The position numbers were made by a program, and so were the translations under genes. From Planctomycetota bacterium (lineage in GTDB: Bacteria; Planctomycetota; UBA8108; SXIK01), in the NCBI GenBank assembly GCA_965223265.1, contig OZ244999.1, positions 3,392,001 to 3,456,000 on the forward strand: a stretch of DNA of 64,000 bases, read 5' to 3'. Shown in pieces: positions 30,630 to 39,897 of this stretch. Under the pieces are notes generated by a model. The model searched no databases. It worked only from the letters and a program-made list of their open reading frames with translations, and had not been told where the DNA came from. Each line of letters begins with the position of its first letter. Position 1 is the first letter of the stretch.

Positions 30630-31625
30630 ATGCCCGCCGTCTTGATCACCCCCGAAGCGCTGATCGACAAACCCGGAAAAAACACTGAAGTGCTCGAGGC
30701 GGCCGGCCTCGAGATTCGCTACCCGAAGAATCACCAGCTCGTCCGCGGGCTCACCAGCGAGGAGGAGCTGATCGCGGAACTTCAGGGATGCGCGGCAATC
30801 GTTGCCGGCGGCGAGTATTTGACCGCGAGCGCGATTGCCGCCCTTCCCGAGTTGCGTGTGATCGCGCGCTGCGGCGTCGGGTATGACCGTGTTGACGTAG
30901 ACGCTGCGACGGCGCGGACGATTCCCGTGACGATCACGCCCACTGCGAACCACGAAGGCGTGGCGGAGCACGCCTTGTCTCTTCTCTTCGCCGTCGCCAA
31001 GACCGTCGTCAAGACCGATCGTGCACTGCGCGCCGGGCATTGGCCACGAACGCTCACACGCCCCCTTCGCAGCACCACCATCGGCCTCGTCGGGCTCGGC
31101 CGCGTTGGACGCAGCATGGCGCTGCGCTGCTTGGCGCTGGGGATGAAGGTTATCGCCAGCGACGTGGCACCGCCCCGGGCGTTCGTCGACGAGCACGGAA
31201 TCGAGCTCGTCGACCGTGACACTCTGCTGGCGCGTGCGGACTGGGTCAGCCTTCACTGCCCGCTCACACCTGAGACGCGAAACTCCTTCGACGCCGACTG
31301 TTTTGCGAAGATGCGATTCGGGAGCGCGTTCATCAACACAGCGCGCGGCGAAATCGTCGTTGAAGAAGATCTGGTTGCGGCTCTCCTCTCAGGCCACCTC
31401 GGCGGGGCGGGCCTTGACGTCTTTCAGACCGAGCCACCGCCGCCCGATCATCCGCTGCTGGGGCTTGAGAATGTCGTCGTCACTCCTCATCTCTCCGGCC
31501 TCGATGAGATCTCGATGCGCAACATGGGCATCGAGGCCTGCGAGTGCATCGCGCGACTCTACCGGGGTGAGTGGCCTGAGGGCGCGGTGGTCAACGCCCA
31601 ATTGCGCCACGGTTGGAGATGGTGA
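30630..31625 (+). CDS. Phosphoglycerate dehydrogenase-like D-2-hydroxyacid dehydrogenase
   Basis: 'RCGVGYDRVD', 'GLVGLGRVG', 'FINTARG', 'AGLDVF' and 'TPHLSG'. Confidence 0.9.
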   Translation: MPAVLITPEALIDKPGKNTEVLEAAGLEIRYPKNHQLVRGLTSEEELIAELQGCAAIVAGGEYLTASAIAALPELRVIARCGVGYDRVDVDAATARTIPVTITPTANHEGVAEHALSLLFAVAKTVVKTDRALRAGHWPRTLTRPLRSTTIGLVGLGRVGRSMALRCLALGMKVIASDVAPPRAFVDEHGIELVDRDTLLARADWVSLHCPLTPETRNSFDADCFAKMRFGSAFINTARGEIVVEEDLVAALLSGHLGGAGLDVFQTEPPPPDHPLLGLENVVVTPHLSGLDEISMRNMGIEACECIARLYRGEWPEGAVVNAQLRHGWRW

Positions 31626-31662
31626 TCGAAGCGTGAACTCGAGTTTGGCCATTCGGTGCACC

Positions 31663-31766
31663 AAAGTAGCAGGCACACTCCTGTGTGCCGTCGCTCTTGT
31701 ACCGTGGACCGTGACCGTCACGGATTCGGAGGTCCGGACGGCACACAGGAGTGTGCCTGCTACTTT
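31663..31766. repeat. REP doublet (REPIN-like) forming a perfect 30-bp inverted repeat
   Basis: AAAGTAGCAGGCACACTCCTGTGTGCCGTC (31663-31692) and its exact reverse complement (31737-31766). Each arm is GTAG plus the internal palindrome GGCACAC-TCCT-GTGTGCC. Confidence 0.85.
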
Positions 31767-31871
31767 TCGGACAAAGAGTTCTTGAGCGCTCACAAACTTG
31801 CCCAGGGGAGCAAGAAGTGCGAAAGGCCTCTGAATCCCGCCGAACTCGTCCGGCCAGGCCGGCGCGAAACG

Positions 31872-33859
31872 GTAGAGTCGAGAGGTGGCGCAGTGGTTTA
31901 GGCCAAGGACTTTCCGTTTCCGGCTCTTTCGTCTGCCGGTGCCATATAGCCTCAGACCGTGCCCTGTTTCCACCTCCCGCTCATCAAACCGGACGTGCGG
32001 TTTTCCCGCATCCGGCTTTCGGACAAGGTTCATACTTTCGCCCACGGAAAGTTGCGCGTCCGCTCAGTGAGTCGGACTAGACCGAGTACGCGGTGCAGGT
32101 ATGTGTCGGGAAATCGTGACGTTCCTCGACCCGGCACTTTGTGTTTACGGCACAACCACTGACGCAGCCGGTTGCCGGCGTGCAAATCCACGGTGGCATA
32201 GGCCTTGCTAACAGGCCCAAGGCGGAAGTAGTTGGCCCAGCCGATCATGGTTCGGTTGAGTTCAGCTACGAGCTCCTTGGCGTCGCGGGTACTCCAGCGA
32301 CGGCTGGTCTTTTCACTAATCGTGCGACAAAGCCCCACGACCTTCTTCTTGGACGGGCGTGTGCCGATGTAGGCTCGACCCGTCTTAGGCGACCAGCACC
32401 TTCCCAGCGTGTAGCCCAGAAAGTCGAACGTCTCGTCCGGGACGCGGCATTGACGTGTCTTTGACTCGTTCACCGTCAGCTTCAGCCGTTGCATCATGTT
32501 CCTCATCACGCGCATGGCCTCGTCGGCACTGCCGCGACAGCAGATCACGAAATCGTCGGCGTAGTTGACAATTCGGGCGCGCAAGCGCCTCTGGTACCCG
32601 AGCACCTTCCAACCCACGATGAATCGTCGCATGTAGAGGTTACTAAGCAGCGGTGAGATCGGAGCGCCTTGCGGACAGCCCCGGCCCTCGTCCTTATTGC
32701 GCGTCGTTCGTTGTTTTCGACCCCGCTCGTCCGTCTCTTCTACCGGCGCGACAAGCCACATCTTGATCAGGTGCAGTACCTGTTTATCACTGATGCGACG
32801 TGCCACCGATTTCATGAGCTCGGTGTGTGGGATCGTGTCGAAGTAGCCGCTTAAGTCTGCGTCGATGACCTCTGTATGGCCAGTATTCAGTAGCGAGTGG
32901 ATCTTGCCTATGGCCTCCAAAGCGCTACGGTTGGGACGGTAGGCGTACTGCTCCGGCTGCAGGTCTGCCTCGAATATCGCTTCGAGGATCAGCACGGCTG
33001 CCGTCTGCACGACACGGTCGCGGATCGTTGGGATACCCAACGGCCGCTGCTTACCATTCGCCTTCGGAATATACACCCGGCGAACCGCTTGCGGACGATA
33101 CCTCTTCTCTTTGAGCTCCGTCGTCAGTTCGTCCAACCACCGCTCGAGACCTTCTCTCTCGATGTCTTCGAACCGCTCGCCGTCCACTCCTGCGGCTCCA
33201 CCGTTGGCACGGCAGCAGCGGTAGGCGTGTTCGAGAACGTCCGGTCGATACACCTTGTCGTAGAGGGCATAGAAACGAAAGTTGGGCGATTCCTTCGCTT
33301 TGGTATGTAACGCCGCCTGCAGCTTCCGAACCTTTGGTGGGGTTGGTAGGCTCATGCCAATCTCCCGGCTCTCATGGCTTCTGACGTTAGCCTTGAACTA
33401 AGGCCCCTTCCCTCGACCGGCATTACCCGGCGTCTGCGGTACTACGGGCCTATCCGCCGCCCTGGACGGCCCGGCCTGCTCCTCGCGGAGTTCCGGTTTG
33501 GCGCTCACGCCGCGCCACCGTCGGGGTTTCCCGTGTTGCATCGAATCTCCGTTGGCACGCATGCCATCGCCACTACCCCGGCAGGAACCACTGGATGCTG
33601 TCGCTCTTCTCGTCCATTGGTTGGCAGCCTTCCCCTGTTTAGCGGAGGGTCGGCTCCTGCATTGACTCTTTCGAGGCCTGCTCGGCGTTCACTCACGTTA
33701 CGGCCTGCGTGCTCGCTGGGTCGCCCAGCGACCCTTTTCCTGAAGTACTTCGACGTAGGTCGTTGCCTCCCTCCGTCGCTCCGGGTGCTACCGGCTGGAG
33801 CGACCAGTTGCCGGGTGGGATTCTCACCCACTGAGGATTCGTGCCTTTTCACGGCGTAC
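31872..33859 (-). mobile_element. Group II intron, full length (1988 nt)
   Basis: 5' end GTACGCCGTG at 33859. Domain V AAGCCGGATGCGGGAAAACCGCACGTCCGGTTTG (~32018-31985) has the AGC triad. Domain VI has a bulged A at 31878 and the intron ends ...CTCTAC at 31872. Joining the flanks restores the MITE TIR. Confidence 0.93.
32030..33355 (-). CDS. ltrA: Group II intron reverse transcriptase/maturase without an endonuclease domain
   Basis: RT0 'GAAGVDG', '[14 protein letters not shown]', '[16 protein letters not shown]', 'YADD', 'FDFLGY' and domain X 'GWANYF'. No C-terminal HNH motif. Confidence 0.97.
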   Translation of the reverse strand: MSLPTPPKVRKLQAALHTKAKESPNFRFYALYDKVYRPDVLEHAYRCCRANGGAAGVDGERFEDIEREGLERWLDELTTELKEKRYRPQAVRRVYIPKANGKQRPLGIPTIRDRVVQTAAVLILEAIFEADLQPEQYAYRPNRSALEAIGKIHSLLNTGHTEVIDADLSGYFDTIPHTELMKSVARRISDKQVLHLIKMWLVAPVEETDERGRKQRTTRNKDEGRGCPQGAPISPLLSNLYMRRFIVGWKVLGYQRRLRARIVNYADDFVICCRGSADEAMRVMRNMMQRLKLTVNESKTRQCRVPDETFDFLGYTLGRCWSPKTGRAYIGTRPSKKKVVGLCRTISEKTSRRWSTRDAKELVAELNRTMIGWANYFRLGPVSKAYATVDLHAGNRLRQWLCRKHKVPGRGTSRFPDTYLHRVLGLVRLTERTRNFPWAKV

Positions 33860-33924
33860 GCCAAACTCGAGGTTAGGAGCGGATTCAGATCAAGCGCGGG
33901 CAGAGGGCAACGGACGTCCCGCGA

Positions 33925-35058
33925 TCAACCAGCGATCCGTTCCACCGCTTGCAACAGCGCTTTGATGTAGCCGTAGCCGAAGGCGAACCCCTGCAGCCCG
34001 CCTGGATCGTCTTTGTGACCGGGCATGTGGTCAGGCATGAGCATGTACTCGTAGTCGACTTCGTGAAGCGTCAGCGCGACCTCAAGCATGTCCATGTCGC
34101 CTTCGTCCGGGTACACCTCTTGAAAGTCGTCGCGCCGGCCGCGGATGTTGCGAAAGTGGATATTGAAGATCTTCTTTCGCTTGCCGAAGTACCGGATGAC
34201 TTCGTGGATCTCACGACGCGGGTCTTGCAGCATTTCGGCAGTTGTCCCAAGGCAAAGATTGAATCCGTGGTAGGGACTCTCCTCGATCGCGGCGAATCTT
34301 TTGAGCCCTTCGAACGTGCCAAGCACGCGGTCGATTCCCTGGTAGCCTTCCGGCGGCATACCAGGATCGTGCGGGTGACAAGCAGCGCGAATCTTGTATT
34401 CGTTACAGACAGGAATGATACGTTCGAGAAAGTACGTGATGCGTTCCCAAAAGATGTCGGCAGTGACGTGGCCGGCTCGAGTGAGCGGTGTCGGCGGCTT
34501 GGCGTCGCGCAGGCGCCACGTGCTGTACGAAGAGCCGCCGCGGCCGGGAGTGCGTTCAGTGCGAGGCACACCGAGAAGGCTCATGTTGTACTTCATAGCG
34601 GGAATGCCGGCGGCGGCGCAGTGTGCGATCATCTTTTGAATGTGCTCAATGTCGCGATCGCGCTCGGGGCTCTTTCCGAGCATGATGGCGCCCCGTTTCT
34701 CACGATCGATGTGGCTCGAACTAAGAAACGGCAATGCGACCATGTCGAGCGTGATGCCGTGACGTTCGCAAAGCTCGCGGGTTTTCTCCAGGTCTTCCAC
34801 GCTCCAGTAGCCACGTTCGCCGGGATGCGGCGGGTAGCCGCAGATGTGGTTGACGCCGTGGCGCTTGAAATACTCCAGCCGCTCCGGGGTGGTTCCTGGG
34901 CGCTGCGTGCCAACGTACATTTTGACTGGGCGCCTCGGCCGCGCGGGCGATCGGTCGGGGGTCGCCGCGCGCGTCGGCTTGTGCGCGGAAGTCGTGGCGG
35001 CTACGGCGGCTCCACCCAGTCCGGCAGTGGCGGTGGTGAGAAAGTCACGGCGATTCAT
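33925..35058 (-). CDS. uxuA: Mannonate dehydratase (UxuA family) with a Tat-like leader
   Basis: 'MNRRDFL', 'ACHPHDP', 'IHFRNIRG', 'DEGDMDM' and 'MPDHMP'. Confidence 0.82.
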   Translation of the reverse strand: MNRRDFLTTATAGLGGAAVAATTSAHKPTRAATPDRSPARPRRPVKMYVGTQRPGTTPERLEYFKRHGVNHICGYPPHPGERGYWSVEDLEKTRELCERHGITLDMVALPFLSSSHIDREKRGAIMLGKSPERDRDIEHIQKMIAHCAAAGIPAMKYNMSLLGVPRTERTPGRGGSSYSTWRLRDAKPPTPLTRAGHVTADIFWERITYFLERIIPVCNEYKIRAACHPHDPGMPPEGYQGIDRVLGTFEGLKRFAAIEESPYHGFNLCLGTTAEMLQDPRREIHEVIRYFGKRKKIFNIHFRNIRGRRDDFQEVYPDEGDMDMLEVALTLHEVDYEYMLMPDHMPGHKDDPGGLQGFAFGYGYIKALLQAVERIAG

Positions 35059-35514
35059 TACAGACCTCGTGGCTCAGGTTGGTGGTGGCCTCGCCCCCTC
35101 CTATCGGTCGAGCTCGGCAGTGAGAGGCTACCTGGACTCCATTTCCTGCGTCTGCAAAAAAAAGCTGAGCGAAAGTCTCGTTGGTGGCGATGCATCGCTC
35201 ACCTCATGGAGCCGCCACGAGCGGGGGCGCTGCGCCTGTCGACTTCGGAGCTGCGTGCGTGCCTCCGCGCCTGCCTCCTCATTCGGCTCGGTTTCTCAAC
35301 TTCAAGCACACGTCGGATCCGTTCGACGCAGGGCGCCGGCGTCCAACAACACCAAACACGGAGCACGGGTTCGATGACTCAAATCGAGCTTCTGCAAGAC
35401 TTTCGGAGATCTCGTGAGAACCATAGCTGGAGTGACTTGAAACGATCCGAGGTCGAGAGTCGAGCGTGCATTGGTGTTACTGTTTTGTGTGTAAGAAAAG
35501 ATTACACTTTCGAC

Positions 35515-35543
35515 TTGCGTCTGAGTCGCGCAGCGGCTACCGT
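35515..35543 (+). promoter_or_regulatory. Candidate sigma-70 promoter
   Basis: TTGCGT-N17-TACCGT, preceded by the palindrome GTGTAA-N7-TTACAC (35489-35507). Confidence 0.45.
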
Positions 35544-35549
35544 GAGCGT

Positions 35550-35719
35550 TGCTTAAGTCCGGGACGACTTGATACACGTTGCCCGGCAGCAACTCTTGGA
35601 ACGCGTCGATTGACGCGCGACGTCGAACCCCTGCCCGTGGGAATTCCGGGGGGAAGGCAAGGGAAAGACGTGATCAAGGCTTCGACCGGCGAGCCGACGG
35701 AATCGCCGGTCTTTTTTTT
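35550..35719 (+). ncRNA. Candidate structured small RNA of unknown family
   Basis: Lies between a candidate promoter and a + strand terminator, with no credible + strand gene. Long-range pairings CTTGATaCACGT/ACGTGATCAAG and CTCTTGGAA/TTCCGGGGG. Confidence 0.4.
35683..35719 (+). terminator. Rho-independent terminator, + strand orientation
   Basis: GACCGGCGA-loop-TCGCCGGTC followed by T8. Confidence 0.75.
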
Positions 35720-35778
35720 GGGGGCGAGGTTTCGCTCTTCTCTCGTAGCGCTTGGCGCGGCGTCTCTCGCCAGCGACT

Positions 35779-38700
35779 CTAACGGTCGCAGCCGAGCGCG
35801 TCCTGCGTGGTGTCGACACCGCCATTGGGGAACGGCGCGGCGGGCGGCGGACCGCTCCTGAAAAGGTAGTTGAGGACGCCGAGGGCGTCGGAGAGGTCCA
35901 GCGTACCGCTGTCATCGACGTCAGCGCTGTCCTCGCACGGCAGCGCGGCACCGCGAAACAGCCGGAGCAAGATGGCGATCCCGTCGCTGACGTTGAGGCG
36001 CTCATCGCGGTCGGCGTCACCGCGGGTGAAGATGACACCGTCGACGACGCTGACGCGCAAGGTAGAGACCGCCGGCGGTGAGTTCTCGTCCTGGGTGAAG
36101 CCCGCGATCGTGAATTCGCTCACGTCTTCGGTGAGGGTGATCGGACGCTGCCAACGCGTGGGAGTCACCCAATTCGGCTCGAACGGGAGCTCGCTGCCGT
36201 CCGGCTCGGTGAGGACGAACCTCTCAATCTCGACAGGGGCGTCGCCCTCGAGGACGATCTCCCGATCGTTCGTGCTGAGCTCTGGCGCACCGACGAACCC
36301 GAATCGATCCGTCAGGAGCGGAGCTATTTCCTCACGGCCCATCTCATGGGCACGATTGATAAAAGCGGTAAAAATAAGGCCTTCACGTCGATCCAGGGCT
36401 GTCAGAAACGGCGCCGCATCCTCCTCGTTCCAGTAAGTGCGAAAGGCGTCCTCAAGGACGCGGAGGTAGACTCGCACGAACTTCGGGCGTGACAGGATGC
36501 GCCGCAGGAAAGGATTACCGCCGGGAAACAACGTGCGATGCTCGCGCAGCGCCCCGTCGATGTCGAAAGGGATGTGAACCCAGCGTTCGTCGACAGGGTT
36601 GTAGGCGATGTAGCCGTTTTTACCACCAATGAACAGCGCGTCCCAGTCAGCCACCAGAAGACGAAACGCGATGGCGCGGAGAAACTGCTCGATGTGAAAG
36701 GACGCATCGATGGTGGCGTCGAAGGTGGCGTCGTCGGTTTCTGCGGCGTCGGCTACTTTTGTCATCGTGGCGAAACGGGTCCAATCGTCGCGGGTCTGGT
36801 GAATGCTATGGAACCAGTAAGCGCGGTAATTCTCAGATTGACCGCCGCGATACGTCAACGTGGCGCTGCCAAATCCATTCGCCAGCATCGTGCAAGAGTC
36901 GCCGAAGTACTGCCGACCGGTTCCCTTGAGCACCACTGCCGCATCGGTGCTCTCGTCGCCGTACCACTTGGCGACGTAGTCGGTGTCCATGGGCTGCACA
37001 AAGGCTCTCGTCCCTTGGACAGTCCCGTTCACTGCTGTCGCCACATACAGATACTCAGCCGCCGGCGTTGGCGCTTCTGACGTTCCCGCACGTGTCAACA
37101 GGTAGTGGGCGGCGCCTTCGTTTTTGTTCTCGCCGCGGTTGCTGATGTTGATCGAGCGTCGTCCGCGAAGAAAAGGTTTGTCTCTGTTGAATGAGACACG
37201 AAAGTTCTTGCCGATCGAGACGTCGCGTGTCCATGGGCTGCCGCGATAACGTACCCCGACGTCATAGAAGACCTGACTGTCATTGAGTACGAGCGTACCG
37301 CTCACCAAGTCGTTAGAGTGAACGGGTCGGGCCCGCAGCTGGCGATTCTGATCCTCGTCAAGAATCAGTCGTGCCACGTCGACCGGCGCAGTGATGGCGC
37401 GTTCGACCATGAAAACGTGAGTCTCTTCAGGTGCGTTGACGGGAAAGCGCCGCACGGCGCCTAAGGAATCAACTGCTTCGACGTAGTAAACCCAGCGCGT
37501 GCGATTCGCGAAGCTACCAATCGTCCCGCCATAGATCCCATCTCCGGCGCTACCGTCGTTGGCCTCACCGGAATCGACCAGAGAGACACTCGTGAATTCG
37601 CCGAGCGGCGAGTCTTCTTGGAAGAAGACGTGGACGCTCTCTATCCCGTCGGCGTCGGAAACCCTGGCAGCTATGCTCACCGGTTCGTCCGCACGTGGCG
37701 AGGCAGGGTGATGTCGCACGTGAGAGAAAACTGGACCCAACTGCACACTTCCCGTCTCCTCGCGTAGGCGGAGTGTGGCGCTGTTTTCGCGCCCGGGGGT
37801 GCCGAGATTCGTCGGCACAGTCAAACGCAAACGCGCACCGAGGCCGTTACCCGAGACAGCATCGTAGCTGCCGGGCGTGAACTCGCCGTGAGTGATCAGC
37901 AGGCTCGAGCCGAGCTGCCACTTCGCCCACAAAGAAACGTCATAGCTTCCGGCATCCATGACGGGGTCTGTGTCGACTTCGATGCGGTTGCACCGCGTAT
38001 CCCCTTTGCCTGTTGCGACCAGCTGAAGTGCTGCAGATCCCGACTGCACGTCATGTGTGACGATTCCGGAGTGCACATGAGTCCCTTCGATTTTCCACGG
38101 TGTTGTGTCGGTCTCGAACCCGGGATTGGGCACGAAGTTGTCGCTACCACCGCTGCGGCGAATCGACACGTCGTCGATGAGGCAAATCCCCTTTTCGACC
38201 AAGAAGATATGAAATTCAGTCTCGAGCACAGGAGCGAAATCAGGCGCCGTGTAGGTGAGTTCTTCCCAGGTGGCTTTCGTCGACTCGTCGCTGTGCGTCC
38301 ACGCCGAAGCGACGCCGTTATCTTGCCGCGGATCGATGAGCTCCAGGCTCGCACCTCGGCCGTCGGCCCATTCGGACCAGACGCCACCATCGAAGTAACG
38401 CACTTCATCCACGAGATTGCCGGCGCCATCGAAAAGGGTGAGATTCTCACCGCGGTTGCTCAGCCTTCCTTGATACGGGCCGAAAACCTCAGAGAGCCCG
38501 TGGTGGCCTGCGACCAGTTCAGGGGCGTTGCTCAAAACGAGATACTCTCCAGGTCCAAGCGCTGTGCCGGCGGGAAAGCTGAACTCGATGCCGTCGAAAT
38601 GGTAGCCTGACAAATCGCGAGCCGTCTCGCCGCGGTTGTAGAGTTCGACGAATTCTCCTTCACGGTCCTCAGGCGGATGGTAAAAGATTTCGTTGATGAC

Positions 38701-39720
38701 GAGATCAAGGTCGCGCTCGACCGCGTTCGCAGCTTCCGGTGTCGGCGTGAGACTTATCCAACCGGGCCGTTGACCGTCGGGATATCTCGCTTCGGAGTAA
38801 GAGCCGATCTCGGCACCGGGAGGTGCCGCGCGCGCGAACGCTTCTGCCGCGACGACGCTACCGTCGTCGCGGCGGAGAAAGAGCTCTACCTCAGGCGTCG
38901 ACAGCGCCACCGAGCTTTCAGACTCCGTGACGACAAGAAAGCCGCGTGGCGGCACAGACGTTCCAGCCTCAAATCGGTATCCTGCTTGATCGACGTCGTC
39001 ACTGAGTGTATGTCCGCCCAGGTCGATCGGAACGCTCGTCGAGTTGAAGATTTCGATCCACCCATCGCCGGATGCACCGCGAAAAAGCTCGTTGAAGACG
39101 AGTGGCGCCCGCGGCGTAAAGCCTCCTGGACGTGTCTCAGGAATCGAGGCGGAATCGAAATCGACGGTGCCTGGATCGCCGCCGAGTGAGGCGCTCAGAG
39201 TCCAGTGCTCAGGCTCGCTGTGATCGAGAAGGCCATGAATAAGCGTCAAGCTGTGCCCCGTTCCGTTCGCCCCCAACGGCCATTTGCCGCTGGCGTTGTA
39301 GCGTAGCGTCGCAACCAAGGCGCCAACGTGGTTGACCAGGGTGATTCGTTCTCTGCCGTTATTGAGGCGTCCGCTGAAGTCTCCAACTGCGTTTTCGATG
39401 CCGTAACGAGCTCGGACGGCATCGACATTGGAGCAGACAACGATGACCTCACGCGCACCCAGGACAGTCCTCGGAGGGAACGTGAACTCGATCCCTTCGA
39501 CGAACGCGAATCCGGAGAGATCTTGCGGGGTGGACGTTTCGTTGGCGACCTCGATAAACTCTAACGAATCTTCGCCCTCGACCGGGTGGTAATGAATCTC
39601 CGAAAAGACGACCCCAAACGCCGGACGAGTTATGCACACTAGAAGTAGCAACTGAAACAGCCAAGGGAGTCGCCGCGTGCTGCAGCTCACGCTGTTTGCT
39701 GCGATCTGTCGTTTCGTCAC
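35779..39720 (-). CDS. Secreted lamin-tail-domain / CotH kinase-like protein with a C-terminal dockerin-like domain
   Basis: Repeated LTD motifs 'VVFSEIHYHP', 'LVFNEL' and 'LVINEIFYHP'. CotH-like 'GVRYRGS', 'ADWDA' and 'IPFDID'. C-terminal 'FTRGDADRD...CEDSADVDDSG'. GTG 39720 has an AGGAG RBS. Confidence 0.85.
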   Translation of the reverse strand: MTKRQIAANSVSCSTRRLPWLFQLLLLVCITRPAFGVVFSEIHYHPVEGEDSLEFIEVANETSTPQDLSGFAFVEGIEFTFPPRTVLGAREVIVVCSNVDAVRARYGIENAVGDFSGRLNNGRERITLVNHVGALVATLRYNASGKWPLGANGTGHSLTLIHGLLDHSEPEHWTLSASLGGDPGTVDFDSASIPETRPGGFTPRAPLVFNELFRGASGDGWIEIFNSTSVPIDLGGHTLSDDVDQAGYRFEAGTSVPPRGFLVVTESESSVALSTPEVELFLRRDDGSVVAAEAFARAAPPGAEIGSYSEARYPDGQRPGWISLTPTPEAANAVERDLDLVINEIFYHPPEDREGEFVELYNRGETARDLSGYHFDGIEFSFPAGTALGPGEYLVLSNAPELVAGHHGLSEVFGPYQGRLSNRGENLTLFDGAGNLVDEVRYFDGGVWSEWADGRGASLELIDPRQDNGVASAWTHSDESTKATWEELTYTAPDFAPVLETEFHIFLVEKGICLIDDVSIRRSGGSDNFVPNPGFETDTTPWKIEGTHVHSGIVTHDVQSGSAALQLVATGKGDTRCNRIEVDTDPVMDAGSYDVSLWAKWQLGSSLLITHGEFTPGSYDAVSGNGLGARLRLTVPTNLGTPGRENSATLRLREETGSVQLGPVFSHVRHHPASPRADEPVSIAARVSDADGIESVHVFFQEDSPLGEFTSVSLVDSGEANDGSAGDGIYGGTIGSFANRTRWVYYVEAVDSLGAVRRFPVNAPEETHVFMVERAITAPVDVARLILDEDQNRQLRARPVHSNDLVSGTLVLNDSQVFYDVGVRYRGSPWTRDVSIGKNFRVSFNRDKPFLRGRRSINISNRGENKNEGAAHYLLTRAGTSEAPTPAAEYLYVATAVNGTVQGTRAFVQPMDTDYVAKWYGDESTDAAVVLKGTGRQYFGDSCTMLANGFGSATLTYRGGQSENYRAYWFHSIHQTRDDWTRFATMTKVADAAETDDATFDATIDASFHIEQFLRAIAFRLLVADWDALFIGGKNGYIAYNPVDERWVHIPFDIDGALREHRTLFPGGNPFLRRILSRPKFVRVYLRVLEDAFRTYWNEEDAAPFLTALDRREGLIFTAFINRAHEMGREEIAPLLTDRFGFVGAPELSTNDREIVLEGDAPVEIERFVLTEPDGSELPFEPNWVTPTRWQRPITLTEDVSEFTIAGFTQDENSPPAVSTLRVSVVDGVIFTRGDADRDERLNVSDGIAILLRLFRGAALPCEDSADVDDSGTLDLSDALGVLNYLFRSGPPPAAPFPNGGVDTTQDALGCDR

Positions 39721-39897
39721 ATGGACTCCTTTCCGAGGCGCCGTCTGCGGGCGGATCCTGCTCCTTGAAGCGGATACCTCCTGCCGGCATCCCTCCGTCG
39801 AAACCATCTTAGCCCGCGGCCGTTCGCTGGCGAATTACATTCCGCAGGCTGTGTGGGAACGGTCCAGGGTCCGAACGCTGGGGCCGTTCCCGTACAG

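Larger units (their letters stand above)
31638..33871. mobile_element. MITE family A copy (246 bp without the intron) whose right TIR is split by a group II intron
   Basis: Left TIR CTCGAGTTTGGCCATT at 31638. Right TIR reads CGCGAAACG (to 31871), then the intron, then GCCAAACTCGAG (33860-33871). Confidence 0.88.

Noticed and set aside
32030-33355. RT as a retron, DGR, CRISPR-associated or defence RT
   Set aside because: It has RT0, YADD and domain X, and is enclosed by clear group II intron domains V and VI with precise boundaries. No TR/VR pair, msr-msd or cas genes are present.
33667-33678. CUCGA in intron domain I as EBS2 pairing with the exon CTCGAG
   Set aside because: It sits in a CUC-GAAA-GAG tetraloop hairpin that is probably structural. 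EBS2 could not be assigned by eye.
33374-33970. ORFs of 198 aa (+) and 119 aa (-) upstream of the RT
   Set aside because: They overlie intron RNA domains I-III and have no protein motifs.
33949-35556. 535-aa + strand ORF
   Set aside because: Antisense shadow of uxuA with no recognisable motifs.
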